DNA of 64,000 nt. Origin: Acidobacteriota bacterium (GTDB taxonomy: Bacteria; Acidobacteriota; UBA890; WLXD01). The notes below the pieces were generated by a model. The model saw only the letters and a program-made list of their open reading frames with translations, was not told the origin of the DNA and ran no database searches. Location: assembly GCA_965248695.1 (NCBI GenBank), contig CBDFKD010000002.1:4384001-4448000 (forward strand). Reading direction: 5' to 3'. Shown one piece after another: positions 9,872 through 19,299 of this stretch (the first letter of the stretch is position 1; each line of letters begins with the position of its first letter). The position numbers were made by a program, and so were the translations under genes.

Positions 9872-10957
9872 TCAAGGCTCGGCTTCGCGATCCCGCGGTC
9901 TGAGTGGGTGGCGCGCTGCAAGCTGACGGACCATCTCCTTGGAATCCTCGTCCAGGATCTCGGGGAGATGGACCTCGACGCGCACCAGCATATCGCCTCG
10001 CCGCCCGTCGGGCAGCTCGAGGCCGCGACCGCGAAGCTTGAAGACGTCGCCGGTCTGCGTGTTGGGCGGCAACGGCAAGCTGGCGCGTTCACCGTCGATC
10101 GTCGGCACATCGATGCGCCCCCCGAGCACTGCCTCGAGCATGGAGACCGGCTGCCGGATGTAGAGGTGCGGCCCCTCGCGCCGGAACCCGGGCGCCGGCT
10201 CGACTCGACAGCGGAGGATCAAATCGCCACGCTCGCCACCGATGCGGCCGCAGTGTCCCTGTCCTGTGACGCGAATCTCCTGGCCGTCGGTGATTCCCGG
10301 AGGTACCCGGACGAGAATCGTCTCGATGCGCGGCTGCGTGCCCTGTCCTGCGCAACCGGTGCACGGTATCCCTCGAACGAGACCAGTGGCGGCGCAGTCG
10401 GCGCATCCACAGGTTACTGACAAGGCTCCCTTTGCGAACGTCTCCTGGCCACTACCGCCGCAGCTGTCACAGGGTCGGGCTTGTTGCAGCCGGACCCGTC
10501 CTCTACCGCCGCAATCCTCACAGCGGTCCTGGCGGGTTACCCGAGCAGTGCTCCGCCGACCGCGCTCCGCATCCACGAGCGCAACGCTGACGTCGATGTA
10601 GAGATCGTTGCCGGACTGTGGACTGGAGCGTTGGTGGTGATCCTTCAGGTGTCGGAACAGCTCGGCGTAGGTGCCGGGCTCGTCGCCCTCGGGCACTATC
10701 CTGACGGTGAGATCGGGCGCCACCGGCTCGATGGCGTCCACCATCGAGCCCTCGCGGTCGTAACGCGCTCGGCGCTCCGGATCCGACAGGACCTGGTAGG
10801 CGGACTCGATGCGCTCGAACACCGTCGCCGCGTGCGGATCTCCAGGGTTGATGTCCGGGTGATAGCGTCGACTGAGGTGCCTGTAAGCTTGGTCCACCTG
10901 GTCGGCATCGGCGTTGGGAGGTACTCCCAACGTCGCGTAGTGATCGCGTGCCAGCAT
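9872..10957 (-). CDS. dnaJ: Second DnaJ-family chaperone
   Basis: DHYATLGV...YHPD J domain, four CxxC motifs, C-terminal peptide-binding domains. Start placed at ATG 10957. Confidence 0.88.
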   Translation of the reverse strand: MLARDHYATLGVPPNADADQVDQAYRHLSRRYHPDINPGDPHAATVFERIESAYQVLSDPERRARYDREGSMVDAIEPVAPDLTVRIVPEGDEPGTYAELFRHLKDHHQRSSPQSGNDLYIDVSVALVDAERGRRSTARVTRQDRCEDCGGRGRVRLQQARPCDSCGGSGQETFAKGALSVTCGCADCAATGLVRGIPCTGCAGQGTQPRIETILVRVPPGITDGQEIRVTGQGHCGRIGGERGDLILRCRVEPAPGFRREGPHLYIRQPVSMLEAVLGGRIDVPTIDGERASLPLPPNTQTGDVFKLRGRGLELPDGRRGDMLVRVEVHLPEILDEDSKEMVRQLAARHPLRPRDREAEP

Positions 10958-11007
10958 ACCTATGATGCTGTGCGGGACGCCGCGCCGGGCGCCCCGCACA
11001 GTCCCGG

Positions 11008-12906
11008 TTACGAGCTCGAGCTCTCGTCGTCGACCACCTCGGCCTCGATGACCTCTCCGTCTTCCTCGGAGGCGGGGTCGTCCTGGCCAGAGTCAGCATC
11101 CGCGGCGCCGGCCTGCGCATACATCGTTTGCGCCAGCTGGTGCGATGCGTGCTGTAGCGACTCGGTCGCCTGCTTGAGCTCGTCGACGTCCGCCTCTTTC
11201 TCCAGCGTCTCTTTCGCCGCCTTCACGGCACCCTCGACATCGGAGATCGCCCCGGCGTCGAGTTGTTCGCGGTTGTCGCTGAGCAGCTTCTCGGTCTGGT
11301 ACACGAGGCTGTCGAGCTGGTTGCGCGCCTCGATTTGTTCGCGGTGCCCCTTGTCTTCGTCGGCGTGAGCGTCGGCGTCCTTGATGAGCTGATCGATCTC
11401 GGAGTCCGAAAGCCCGCTCGACGATGTGACGGTGATCTTCTGCTCCTTGTTGGTGCCGAGATCCTTCGCCGTTACGCTGAGGATGCCGTTGGCGTCGATA
11501 TCGAAAGTGACCTCGACCTGGGGCACGCCGCGCGGGGCGGCCGGAATCCCCTCGAGATGGAAGCGGCCCAGCGTTCGGTTGTGCGATGCCATGTCGCGCT
11601 CGCCCTGCAACACGTGGACCTCCACCGAGGGCTGGTTGTCGGCCGCGGTGGTGAAGGTCTCGCTCTTGCGCGTCGGGATCGTAGTGTTGCGCGAGATCAA
11701 CACCGTGGTCACCCCACCGAGGGTCTCGATGCCGAGCGACAGCGGAGTCACGTCGAGCAAGAGCAGGTCGCTGACCTCTCCGGCCAAGACGCCGCCCTGG
11801 ATCGCGGCGCCCAGCGCCACGACCTCGTCAGGATTCACGCCCTTGTGCGGCTCCTTGCCAAACACCTCACGGACCTGGTCCTGCACCGCGGGCATCCGGG
11901 TAGATCCGCCGACGAGCACCACCTCGTCGATCTCACCAGGCTTGAGACCGGCGTCGGCCAGCGCCTGCTTGCACGGTCCGACGGCGCGCTCTAGCAGATC
12001 GGCGACCAGGCTTTCGAACTTGGCACGCGTCAGCTTGAGGCTGAGATGCTTCGGCCCGGTCTGATCGGCGGTGACGAACGGCAGGTTGATCTCCGACTCG
12101 ACGACCGTCGAAAGCTCGATCTTCGCTTTCTCGGCCGCTTCCTTGAGTCGCTGCAGCGCCATCCGGTCGGACGAAAGATCAATGCCTTGATCCTTGCGGA
12201 ACTCCTCGATGATCCAGTCCATGATGCGCTGGTCGAAGTTGTCGCCGCCGAGGTGGGTATCGCCGTTGGTAGCTTTCACCTCGACGACGCCGTCGCCGAC
12301 TTCCAGGATCGAGATGTCGAATGTTCCGCCGCCAAAGTCGTAAACGGCGATCTTCTCGTCCGCCTTTTTCTCCAGGCCGTAGGCGAGCGCCGCGGCCGTC
12401 GGCTCGTTGATGATCCGATCCACCTGCAATCCGGCGATGCGGCCGGCATCCTTGGTGGCCTGACGCTGCGCGTCGTTGAAGTAGGCCGGCACGGTGATCA
12501 CCGCGCGCTCGACTTTCTGACCGAGATAGTCCTCTGCCGCTTGCTTGAGCTTCTGCAGCACCATCGCCGAGATCTCTGGCGGCGAGTAGCTCTTGCCGAC
12601 GGCGAGAATGTTGACATCGTCGCCGTCTTGCTCCACCTCGAAGGGGACCATGGTCAGCTCTTCGCTGATCTCGTTGTGACGTCGCCCCATGAACCGCTTG
12701 ATCGAGAAGACGGTGTTTTCCGGGTTGGTGACCGCCTGACGCTTCGCCACCTGACCGACGAGGCGCTCTTCTTTTTCGGTGAAGGCGACCACGGAGGGCG
12801 TTGTTCGACCGCCCTCAGCGTTCGGGATGACGGTCGGCTCACCGCCCTCCATCACCGCCACCACCGAGTTGGTGGTGCCCAGGTCGATACCGATGATCTT
12901 GGACAT
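11008..12906 (-). CDS. dnaK: Chaperone DnaK (Hsp70)
   Basis: [36 protein letters not shown]; acidic C-terminus. Confidence 0.98.
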   Translation of the reverse strand: MSKIIGIDLGTTNSVVAVMEGGEPTVIPNAEGGRTTPSVVAFTEKEERLVGQVAKRQAVTNPENTVFSIKRFMGRRHNEISEELTMVPFEVEQDGDDVNILAVGKSYSPPEISAMVLQKLKQAAEDYLGQKVERAVITVPAYFNDAQRQATKDAGRIAGLQVDRIINEPTAAALAYGLEKKADEKIAVYDFGGGTFDISILEVGDGVVEVKATNGDTHLGGDNFDQRIMDWIIEEFRKDQGIDLSSDRMALQRLKEAAEKAKIELSTVVESEINLPFVTADQTGPKHLSLKLTRAKFESLVADLLERAVGPCKQALADAGLKPGEIDEVVLVGGSTRMPAVQDQVREVFGKEPHKGVNPDEVVALGAAIQGGVLAGEVSDLLLLDVTPLSLGIETLGGVTTVLISRNTTIPTRKSETFTTAADNQPSVEVHVLQGERDMASHNRTLGRFHLEGIPAAPRGVPQVEVTFDIDANGILSVTAKDLGTNKEQKITVTSSSGLSDSEIDQLIKDADAHADEDKGHREQIEARNQLDSLVYQTEKLLSDNREQLDAGAISDVEGAVKAAKETLEKEADVDELKQATESLQHASHQLAQTMYAQAGAADADSGQDDPASEEDGEVIEAEVVDDESSSS

Positions 12907-13037
12907 GTCGAGCTCCTGATTCCATCCCCGCGTTGACGGGGTTGCAGAGAGTGTGTCCCGCCGCTCGGCGAGATCCTCGCCAAGCAGGGCCTTATTCGTA
13001 GTCTAGGCAGATTGAAGACTTAGTTTAGTTAGAGAAG

Positions 13038-13066
13038 ATGATAAAACCTTAGTCGATTCTTATCAA
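13038..13066 (-). promoter_or_regulatory. Sigma-70 promoter of the dnaK operon
   Basis: Minus strand TTGATA (13066-13061), 17-bp spacer, TATCAT (13043-13038), in an AT-rich patch. Confidence 0.75.
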
Positions 13067-13067
13067 G
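13047..13067 (-). promoter_or_regulatory. HAIR-like HspR operator overlapping the -35 box and spacer
   Basis: CTTGATA-N7-ACTAAGG versus consensus CTTGAGT-N7-ACTCAAG (5/7 in each half); hspR is in the operon. Confidence 0.7.
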
Positions 13068-13189
13068 TCTATTCAGGGCGAACGGCAGGTTCGGGATCGT
13101 TGACGGACAACGCGCTACAGCGTGCGTGGTAGCGCTGAAGTGGGCTTCGCCGTCGGCCGCTTTTGCTACCCTGCGGGCCGGGGAGCCTC

Positions 13190-13732
13190 TTACAGCTTGG
13201 CTACCTTGCGCTTTTGCAGGTAAGCCATGCGCAGCTGATACAGCACGTCCTCGAGGGCTTTGCCGGTGTCGTCGGTACGAGTGCCCTCGGTAGACTCCTG
13301 CAGGAGTCCGAGAACCTCGATTCGCAGTCGGGCGAGTTCAAGATCCTCGATCATCTGTCCGCTTTGCGGCTCGGGCATCGCTCCGAGGGCCAGGAGCCCG
13401 CCGACATACTGTTCCTCAACGAACTTGAGCAGAGCCTGATCGTCCAGCTCGAGCCCGCGCGTGGGTGGGGCGGCATCGTCGCTGGCGCCCGGGACATCTT
13501 CGGGGACTACGGCCGTTGGCGCCTCGGAAGCCGGGCTCTCCGCCGTGCTGCTCTCGGGCGCAGCGATTCCGTCGTCAGGCACCGACTCGACGGAGGCCGC
13601 GGGCTCCGTTATCTGCCCGTCGGGCTCGGGCGACGGTGCCTGTTGGCGCAAGTTGCCGTCGCTATCGAACAGCCTGCGATCGGTGACCTTGATCGTCGGT
13701 CGCTCGTCGGCGGTGGTGTCATTGTCGCTCAT
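13190..13732 (-). CDS. DUF1844-family protein
   Basis: IKVTDRR N-terminal motif, low-complexity linker, then LALGAMPEP...DLELARLRIEVLGLLQE.TEG...LEDVLYQLRMAY. Confidence 0.75.
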   Translation of the reverse strand: MSDNDTTADERPTIKVTDRRLFDSDGNLRQQAPSPEPDGQITEPAASVESVPDDGIAAPESSTAESPASEAPTAVVPEDVPGASDDAAPPTRGLELDDQALLKFVEEQYVGGLLALGAMPEPQSGQMIEDLELARLRIEVLGLLQESTEGTRTDDTGKALEDVLYQLRMAYLQKRKVAKL

Positions 13733-13834
13733 GAAACAGGAGTCTAGCAGGTCGCAGACATGCCTCCATGCCTGCTCGGCGAGGCCGACTACACCGGCGT
13801 CGCGGTCGGCCGGCGCGACCAATAGACTCCCCGT

Positions 13835-14647
13835 ATGGCCGACCGAGAGGACGCGCGGATCAATGAACCGAGTGATCGGTTGGCGGGCGAGGCCTTCGCC
13901 CGTCTTGTCGGCATCATGCGGAGATTGCGAGGCCCTGACGGCTGTCCATGGGATCAGGAGCAGAGCTTTGCCAGCCTCCGGCGCTACACCCTCGAGGAGG
14001 CGTATGAGGTTGTGCAGGCCATCGACGACGGCGACCCGCGAACACTCAGTGCCGAGCTGGGTGATCTGCTACTGCAGATCGTCTTTCTGTCGCAGATCGG
14101 TGCCGAGGACGGCAGCTTCACGGTCGTCGATGCGATCGAAGCGATCAACGACAAGCTCATACGACGCCACCCGCACGTCTTCGGCGACGTAAGCGTCGAT
14201 GGCGCCGACGACGTGCTCCGCAACTGGGAGGAGATCAAGCGGCGGGAACGTGGCGAGACGTCGTTGCTGGACGACGTGCCGCAGGCCTTCCCGGCGTTGG
14301 AGCGGGCTCAGAAGCTGGGCAAGCGGGCAGCGCAGATGTCGTTCGACTGGGCTTGCTCGGCGGACGTGCTCGACAAGGTGCGCGAGGAGATCGACGAGCT
14401 GGCCGAGGTGCTGGATCAGAGCGGAGCGCGCCAGATCGAAGAGCTCGGTGATCTGCTGCTGACGTTGACCAGCCTGGCGCGGCACCTGGGTCACTCGGCC
14501 GAGATAGCGCTCAATGATGCCAGCCGCAAGTTCGAGCGCCGCTTCCGGCAGCTCGAGGCAGCGGTCGGTGACGGGCGAGTCGCAGCTGCGCCTGCCGAGC
14601 TCGAAGCCGCTTGGCAACGAATCAAGGCGGGCGAGCAGGTCGTCTGA
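13835..14647 (+). CDS. mazG: Nucleoside triphosphate pyrophosphohydrolase MazG
   Basis: GCPWDQEQS, EEAYE, ELGDLLLQ, KLIRRHPHVF, second EELGDLL. Confidence 0.95.
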   Translation: MADREDARINEPSDRLAGEAFARLVGIMRRLRGPDGCPWDQEQSFASLRRYTLEEAYEVVQAIDDGDPRTLSAELGDLLLQIVFLSQIGAEDGSFTVVDAIEAINDKLIRRHPHVFGDVSVDGADDVLRNWEEIKRRERGETSLLDDVPQAFPALERAQKLGKRAAQMSFDWACSADVLDKVREEIDELAEVLDQSGARQIEELGDLLLTLTSLARHLGHSAEIALNDASRKFERRFRQLEAAVGDGRVAAAPAELEAAWQRIKAGEQVV

Positions 14648-14725
14648 CGGACAGCCGTTGACCGGCCGACACTTCTGGACACCCGGCATGGGGGAAGTGG
14701 TCCGTCGCTGCTGTCGTCCGGTCTG

Positions 14726-15487
14726 CTAGCGCCCGGCGATCGCCGCTACCAACACTCCGATGAGGTACAACCCGAGCAGCGGAACTGCGACCAGGAACTG
14801 GCTCGCCCCGTCGGGCGGCGTGAGCATCGCTGCCAGCACGAACGCCACCAGCACCGCGTACGGAAACCATCGCAGCAGGCCGCGGGCGTTAACCAGACCC
14901 ATCCGCGCCGCGCTCAAGATGATCAGCGGTAGTTGCGCACCGATACCCATCGCCAGCAGGAGGCGAATGGTGAAACGGAGGAAGTCGCGGATCGTGATGG
15001 CGTGTGCGAAGTCCTTGCCGACGTCGAGCAGGTACCCGACGGCGAACGGAATCAGAATGAAGTAGGCGAAGCTCAGTCCGGCCAGGAACAGCGCGCACGC
15101 AGTCAGCACAGACACGGCGATCGTGATCGCGGACCTCAGACGGATCCGTGGCGCGACCATCACATAGATCTGGAGCGCCAGTGCCGGCACCGCACAGACC
15201 AGGCCGCTGGTCAGCGAGACCGTGAAGTACAGCACGAACGGATCGGTGAGCCCGGTGAACGCCAGTCGCGGATCCAGACCCCGAGCCGTCAACTCAGCGG
15301 TCAACGGCCGTGCCAGGAAGTCGAATATCTGCCGTGACCAGTTCCACGACAACGAGGTGCCGATGGCCAGCGCCAGCAGCGACCAGACGGTAAGCTTGCG
15401 GGCACGGTCCACTCCCGCCAACAGGGTGCGTAGCGGGGAATCGTCGTCGGAGTCCGGCTCGGACTCGATGGTCGGTTCGGTCGTCAT
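14726..15487 (-). CDS. tatC: Twin-arginine translocase TatC
   Basis: About six TM segments; QIYVMVAP, AQLPLI, AAMLTPPDGASQFLVAVPLLGLY. Start placed at ATG 15487. Confidence 0.85.
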   Translation of the reverse strand: MTTEPTIESEPDSDDDSPLRTLLAGVDRARKLTVWSLLALAIGTSLSWNWSRQIFDFLARPLTAELTARGLDPRLAFTGLTDPFVLYFTVSLTSGLVCAVPALALQIYVMVAPRIRLRSAITIAVSVLTACALFLAGLSFAYFILIPFAVGYLLDVGKDFAHAITIRDFLRFTIRLLLAMGIGAQLPLIILSAARMGLVNARGLLRWFPYAVLVAFVLAAMLTPPDGASQFLVAVPLLGLYLIGVLVAAIAGR

Positions 15488-15592
15488 GGCTCGCCGGGGT
15501 GGATGCGGGGGGACGAATTCTAACAGTCCGTGGTTTTCACCACGGTAACCGTCTCTGCGGCAGCCGGGTGACGGTTCGTCGAGGCTGGGGCG

Positions 15593-16168
15593 ATGGCAAC
15601 ACTCGAACCAAGAGCACCGCATCACGATCTCGGGACCGTCGAGGTGATCTGCGGAAGCATGTTCTCCGGCAAGAGCGAAGAGCTGATACGTCGGCTGCGG
15701 CGCGCTCAAATCGCCAAGCAGGTCGTGCAGATCTTCAAGCCGCGAGTCGACGACCGCTTTGACAGCGATCACATCGTGTCTCACAACCAGCAGAGGCTGC
15801 CGAGCGACCGCGTACGGGATTCCGAGGAGCTATACGCTGGCGTGCGTGCCGATACGCAGGTGGTCGGCATCGATGAGGCACAGTTCTTCGATGGCGGGCT
15901 GGTGGAGACGTGCCAGCGCCTGGCGGAAGAGGGACATCGCGTCATCGTTGCCGGGCTGGACAAGGACTATCGAGGCGAACCGTTCGAGCCCATGCCGGCG
16001 TTGCTGGCGATCTCGGAGTACATCACCAAGACGTTGGCGATCTGCATGCAGTGTGGTCGCCCGGCCAACTTCTCGCAGCGACTTACCGCCAGCAAGAAGC
16101 GCGTCGTGGTCGGCGCGTCGGATGTCTACGAGGCGCGCTGCCGACGGTGTTTCACCACGGCCTGCTAG
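15593..16168 (+). CDS. tdk: Thymidine kinase
   Basis: [32 protein letters not shown] and CRRC zinc ligands. Confidence 0.96.
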   Translation: MATLEPRAPHHDLGTVEVICGSMFSGKSEELIRRLRRAQIAKQVVQIFKPRVDDRFDSDHIVSHNQQRLPSDRVRDSEELYAGVRADTQVVGIDEAQFFDGGLVETCQRLAEEGHRVIVAGLDKDYRGEPFEPMPALLAISEYITKTLAICMQCGRPANFSQRLTASKKRVVVGASDVYEARCRRCFTTAC

Positions 16169-18480
16169 CGACCGTTGCCGCTGCGCCATCGCTCGCCGCG
16201 CACCCGGATGCGTGCCCCGAGCTCGATCGTCAGCGCCCCGTCACGATCCGTACGGTATACGGCCGCCTGATGCCGCCTGAGGCGCTGCAAGACGTCGGAG
16301 CGCGGCAGGGACCAGGGATTCGTCGCGCCCACCGAGATCACGGCATGTCGTGGTTGCAGGCGTTGCAGCAGGATCTCCGAGGTGGCACCGCCACTGCCGT
16401 GATGACCGACCTTGAGGATGGCCCCGCTTAGCGGAGCCAGGTCCCAATGGCGCTCCGCGGCGACACCTGCGTCGCCGGTGAGCACAACATGCTTGGCGCC
16501 GCAGGTCGCTGCGAGAACCAACGAGGCGTCGTTGCTCACCTGTCGGGCACCAGCGCGCAGCGCGTCGACCGTTGGCGCGAAGCTCTGCCAGCGGCAGCCG
16601 GCGAAGGCTCGCTCGGGCCGCCGGGGGGCGAGCATGGTGGTGTTCCTCGAGCGCGCCAGATCGAGCAACTGGGCCGAGGTGCGAGTGTCGGTCGGCGTTG
16701 CACCCTGCCATAGCTCGGCGACATTGAAGTGGCGCAGAATCGAAGGCACGCCGCCGACATGGTCGGCATGGTCGTGGCTCACCGCAACGGCGTCGAGACG
16801 ATGGAGTCCGAGGCGTCGTAGCTCGGGCGCCACAATCCGGTAGCCGGTGTCGTAGTCGATACTCGGATAGCCGCCAGCGTCGACAAGTACGGCTCCGGCG
16901 ACCGATGCCACTAGCAGTGCGTCGCCCTGTCCGACGTCGAGCACCAGCAAGAACGGATGCGGCGGATCGGGCGGCGCGCGGATCGCCAGAGCCGCGGCCA
17001 GGACCGCCGACGCGATGCCGGCGGCCCGTAGGCGACCGCGCCGGCCGGCGGCGAGCGCCAGTCCCGTCCCATAAGCCACCGCCAACGTCGTGCTGGCCGA
17101 CGCCACGGCGATCGGCATGAGTCCCAGATATGCCGCGGCCCTTGGACACGCCAACACGAGGTCGAACATCGATTCGGCGCCGGCCGCCAGACTGCCGGAG
17201 ATCGTTTGCAAACCGCTCAGCGAAACGACTAGCGCGCTCACCGTCAGTACCAGGGCGGCGGAGACCAGCGGGATCGCAACCACGTTGAGCAGCAGTCCTG
17301 CTACCGGCACGATGGATAACTGTAGCGCCAGCAGCGGCGCCACACCGGCTTGCGCCGCCAGGCTGGTACGAAGAGTGCGCAGCCACCAGGTATCACCGCC
17401 ACGGTCGCACAGGAGGATGGTCGCCGTTGCCACTGCGCTCAGTTGGAAGCCGAGTTGCTGCAGCGCCGCCGGTTCAGCGGCGACGATCAGCGCCAGGGCG
17501 AAGCTCAGTGCGTCAGTGGAAGCCACTCGGCGCCCGATCAGACGTCCGCCGAGAAGGCAGATCGCCATGGTGGCGGCGCGCTGTATCGGTGCCCGCGGCT
17601 CGGTGAGGACAATGAGAGCCAGAGCGGTACATAGTCCGGCAGCCCAACTCGCCCGCGGCGAGCGGCCCAGTACTCGGAGGATTGCCGCCGGTGCCACCGC
17701 TAGCAGCCCGACGTGTAGCCCCGATATGGCCAGCAGGTGGATGAGCCCGCTACGCGCCATTCCCTGCAACAGACTCTCGTCGAGGTCGCGCCGTTCACCC
17801 AGCACCAGCGCGCGCACCAGCCCGGCGTGGCGCCGGAACGTTGCGGTAATTTGCGCGCGAACGAGATCACGGGCGCGCCCCGGCCATGTGGACGCCGAAA
17901 ACGATGGAGGCCCGCGCAGCCGCACCTGCCCGTAGCTCTTCAATCGTGAGCGCAGGTCAATGCCGCGCAGTCGCAGTCGATCGAGCACAGCACGGGCAGG
18001 GTTGGCCGGGGGACGGTCGTGTTGAAGTCGAAGCCAGGCCTCGATTCGCGCTCCCGCATACCAGTTGGGACGCGGGGGCGGTTCAGGCACCTGCACCTCG
18101 ACGCGCCCGCGTAGTGACTGCCAACGGTTTCCCATCCAGACGCGATCCACGTCCACGATCATCGTCGAGCCACGCGCCGCAGCCGTCGGCTCGCGGGCGA
18201 CCGCCGCCAGAACTCGCCATGGGCCGTCGAGGCCCCCATCGTGATCGGTGAGCGACCGCAGCGTGGCTGGCCGCGCGGCACTGCTACCGCCGATAGCCCC
18301 CGCCAGCACTGCGATGGCGCTGATCGCGATCGTTGTTCTCGGCCGTGTGACGTGACCCGCGAGGGTCCAGAGCAGCAGACAAACGACTATCGACGTCGCA
18401 CTCGACCACGGAACAGTGGCGAGGTGGTCGACGGATTGTGAATAGGTCCATGCGCTGGCAACGCTCCACGCCGCCAGCAC
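16165..18480 (-). CDS. comEC: DNA uptake channel ComEC/Rec2 (start uncertain)
   Basis: [11 protein letters not shown] competence domain; [18 protein letters not shown] and KVGHHGS metallo-beta-lactamase domain. Confidence 0.9.
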   Translation of the reverse strand: MLAAWSVASAWTYSQSVDHLATVPWSSATSIVVCLLLWTLAGHVTRPRTTIAISAIAVLAGAIGGSSAARPATLRSLTDHDGGLDGPWRVLAAVAREPTAAARGSTMIVDVDRVWMGNRWQSLRGRVEVQVPEPPPRPNWYAGARIEAWLRLQHDRPPANPARAVLDRLRLRGIDLRSRLKSYGQVRLRGPPSFSASTWPGRARDLVRAQITATFRRHAGLVRALVLGERRDLDESLLQGMARSGLIHLLAISGLHVGLLAVAPAAILRVLGRSPRASWAAGLCTALALIVLTEPRAPIQRAATMAICLLGGRLIGRRVASTDALSFALALIVAAEPAALQQLGFQLSAVATATILLCDRGGDTWWLRTLRTSLAAQAGVAPLLALQLSIVPVAGLLLNVVAIPLVSAALVLTVSALVVSLSGLQTISGSLAAGAESMFDLVLACPRAAAYLGLMPIAVASASTTLAVAYGTGLALAAGRRGRLRAAGIASAVLAAALAIRAPPDPPHPFLLVLDVGQGDALLVASVAGAVLVDAGGYPSIDYDTGYRIVAPELRRLGLHRLDAVAVSHDHADHVGGVPSILRHFNVAELWQGATPTDTRTSAQLLDLARSRNTTMLAPRRPERAFAGCRWQSFAPTVDALRAGARQVSNDASLVLAATCGAKHVVLTGDAGVAAERHWDLAPLSGAILKVGHHGSGGATSEILLQRLQPRHAVISVGATNPWSLPRSDVLQRLRRHQAAVYRTDRDGALTIELGARIRVRGERWRSGNGR

Positions 18481-18508
18481 GGTGAAGCGCGTCGGCGCGC
18501 CCCAGAGG

Positions 18509-19078
18509 TCAGACGTGCCAGGGACTGAACCTCGGCAAGCGCACGCTCTGGGATCCGCTAGATGCCCTGGCGTCGCGAAACGTCGCCTCGATGGCGTTTG
18601 CCTGGAGGTCGAGCTCGGTGGCCCCGAGAGTGGCGGCATCACCGGCGAGGCGATCGAGTGCGGTCGCCGCCGCCCGCAGTGCCTCCTCGAGGTCGGGTGC
18701 CGCGTCGGCCGCTGAACGACAGGCGGCGGCTGTGGCGAGCAGGTGCTCGATCGCCGGATCTGCCCCGGCGTCCGCGTTGTTGAACACCGGGAGCTGGCGG
18801 TGCTCCTCGAACGCGGCCTCGACCTGTTGCTTGCAGTACGACAGGGAGTTCACCCTCGCTGCCGACCCGCTGGTGGCATCGAAGCGGTCGAAAGCGCGGT
18901 TGATGCCTTGTAGCACCGTCTCCAGCGGGATACCGCGGTCGTACCACCGTTCCACGACTTGCCAGTCGCGCGGCGATAGCAGCAACGGCCCGTCGCGTCG
19001 AAGGCCGAAATGCCGCTCGACGCGGCGAAAGTAGTCGTCGCGCCGCCCCTCGTTGTCGTCTGTCGGCGGGCTGCTCAT
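18509..19078 (-). CDS. Conserved hypothetical protein, possibly DnaD-like helical domain
   Basis: YFRRVERHF...LLSPRDWQVVERWYDRGIPLETVLQGI...VNSLSYC; protein-like composition. Confidence 0.7.
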   Translation of the reverse strand: MSSPPTDDNEGRRDDYFRRVERHFGLRRDGPLLLSPRDWQVVERWYDRGIPLETVLQGINRAFDRFDATSGSAARVNSLSYCKQQVEAAFEEHRQLPVFNNADAGADPAIEHLLATAAACRSAADAAPDLEEALRAAATALDRLAGDAATLGATELDLQANAIEATFRDARASSGSQSVRLPRFSPWHV

Positions 19079-19179
19079 CGTTCGCGTGGCTCACGCAGAT
19101 TGGAGACGGTCGTCGAGATGCCGCGATCCGCGGCAACTGGCGAACGTTCCTTTACCGCTACGGGAAGCGCAAGCCACAT
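19075..19179 (-). CDS. Candidate 34-aa small protein
   Basis: AGGAGG 4 nt before ATG 19179; stop overlaps the next start (ATGA at 19078-19075). Confidence 0.3.
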   Translation of the reverse strand: MWLALPVAVKERSPVAADRGISTTVSNLREPRER

Positions 19180-19299
19180 GGGCCCTCCTGAGTCGAATCG
19201 CTGCGGTCCTGAGGCGATCCTCGACCTGCTAATATCGATCTCTTGTCCACCGGGCGAAATGGGATCGTATGCGTGGGCTCTTGGGGAGAGAGCCGGTCC

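Noticed and set aside
13018-13038. Second HAIR site downstream of the dnaK promoter
   Set aside because: Only one half-site (ACTAAG) resembles the first operator; too degenerate to call.
14726-15784. Extended starts in the ORF track (tatC, secA, mltD, comEC, argR, padR, bEBP, yfiR)
   Set aside because: The extensions overlap neighbouring genes or regulatory DNA and lack family similarity; downstream starts were used.
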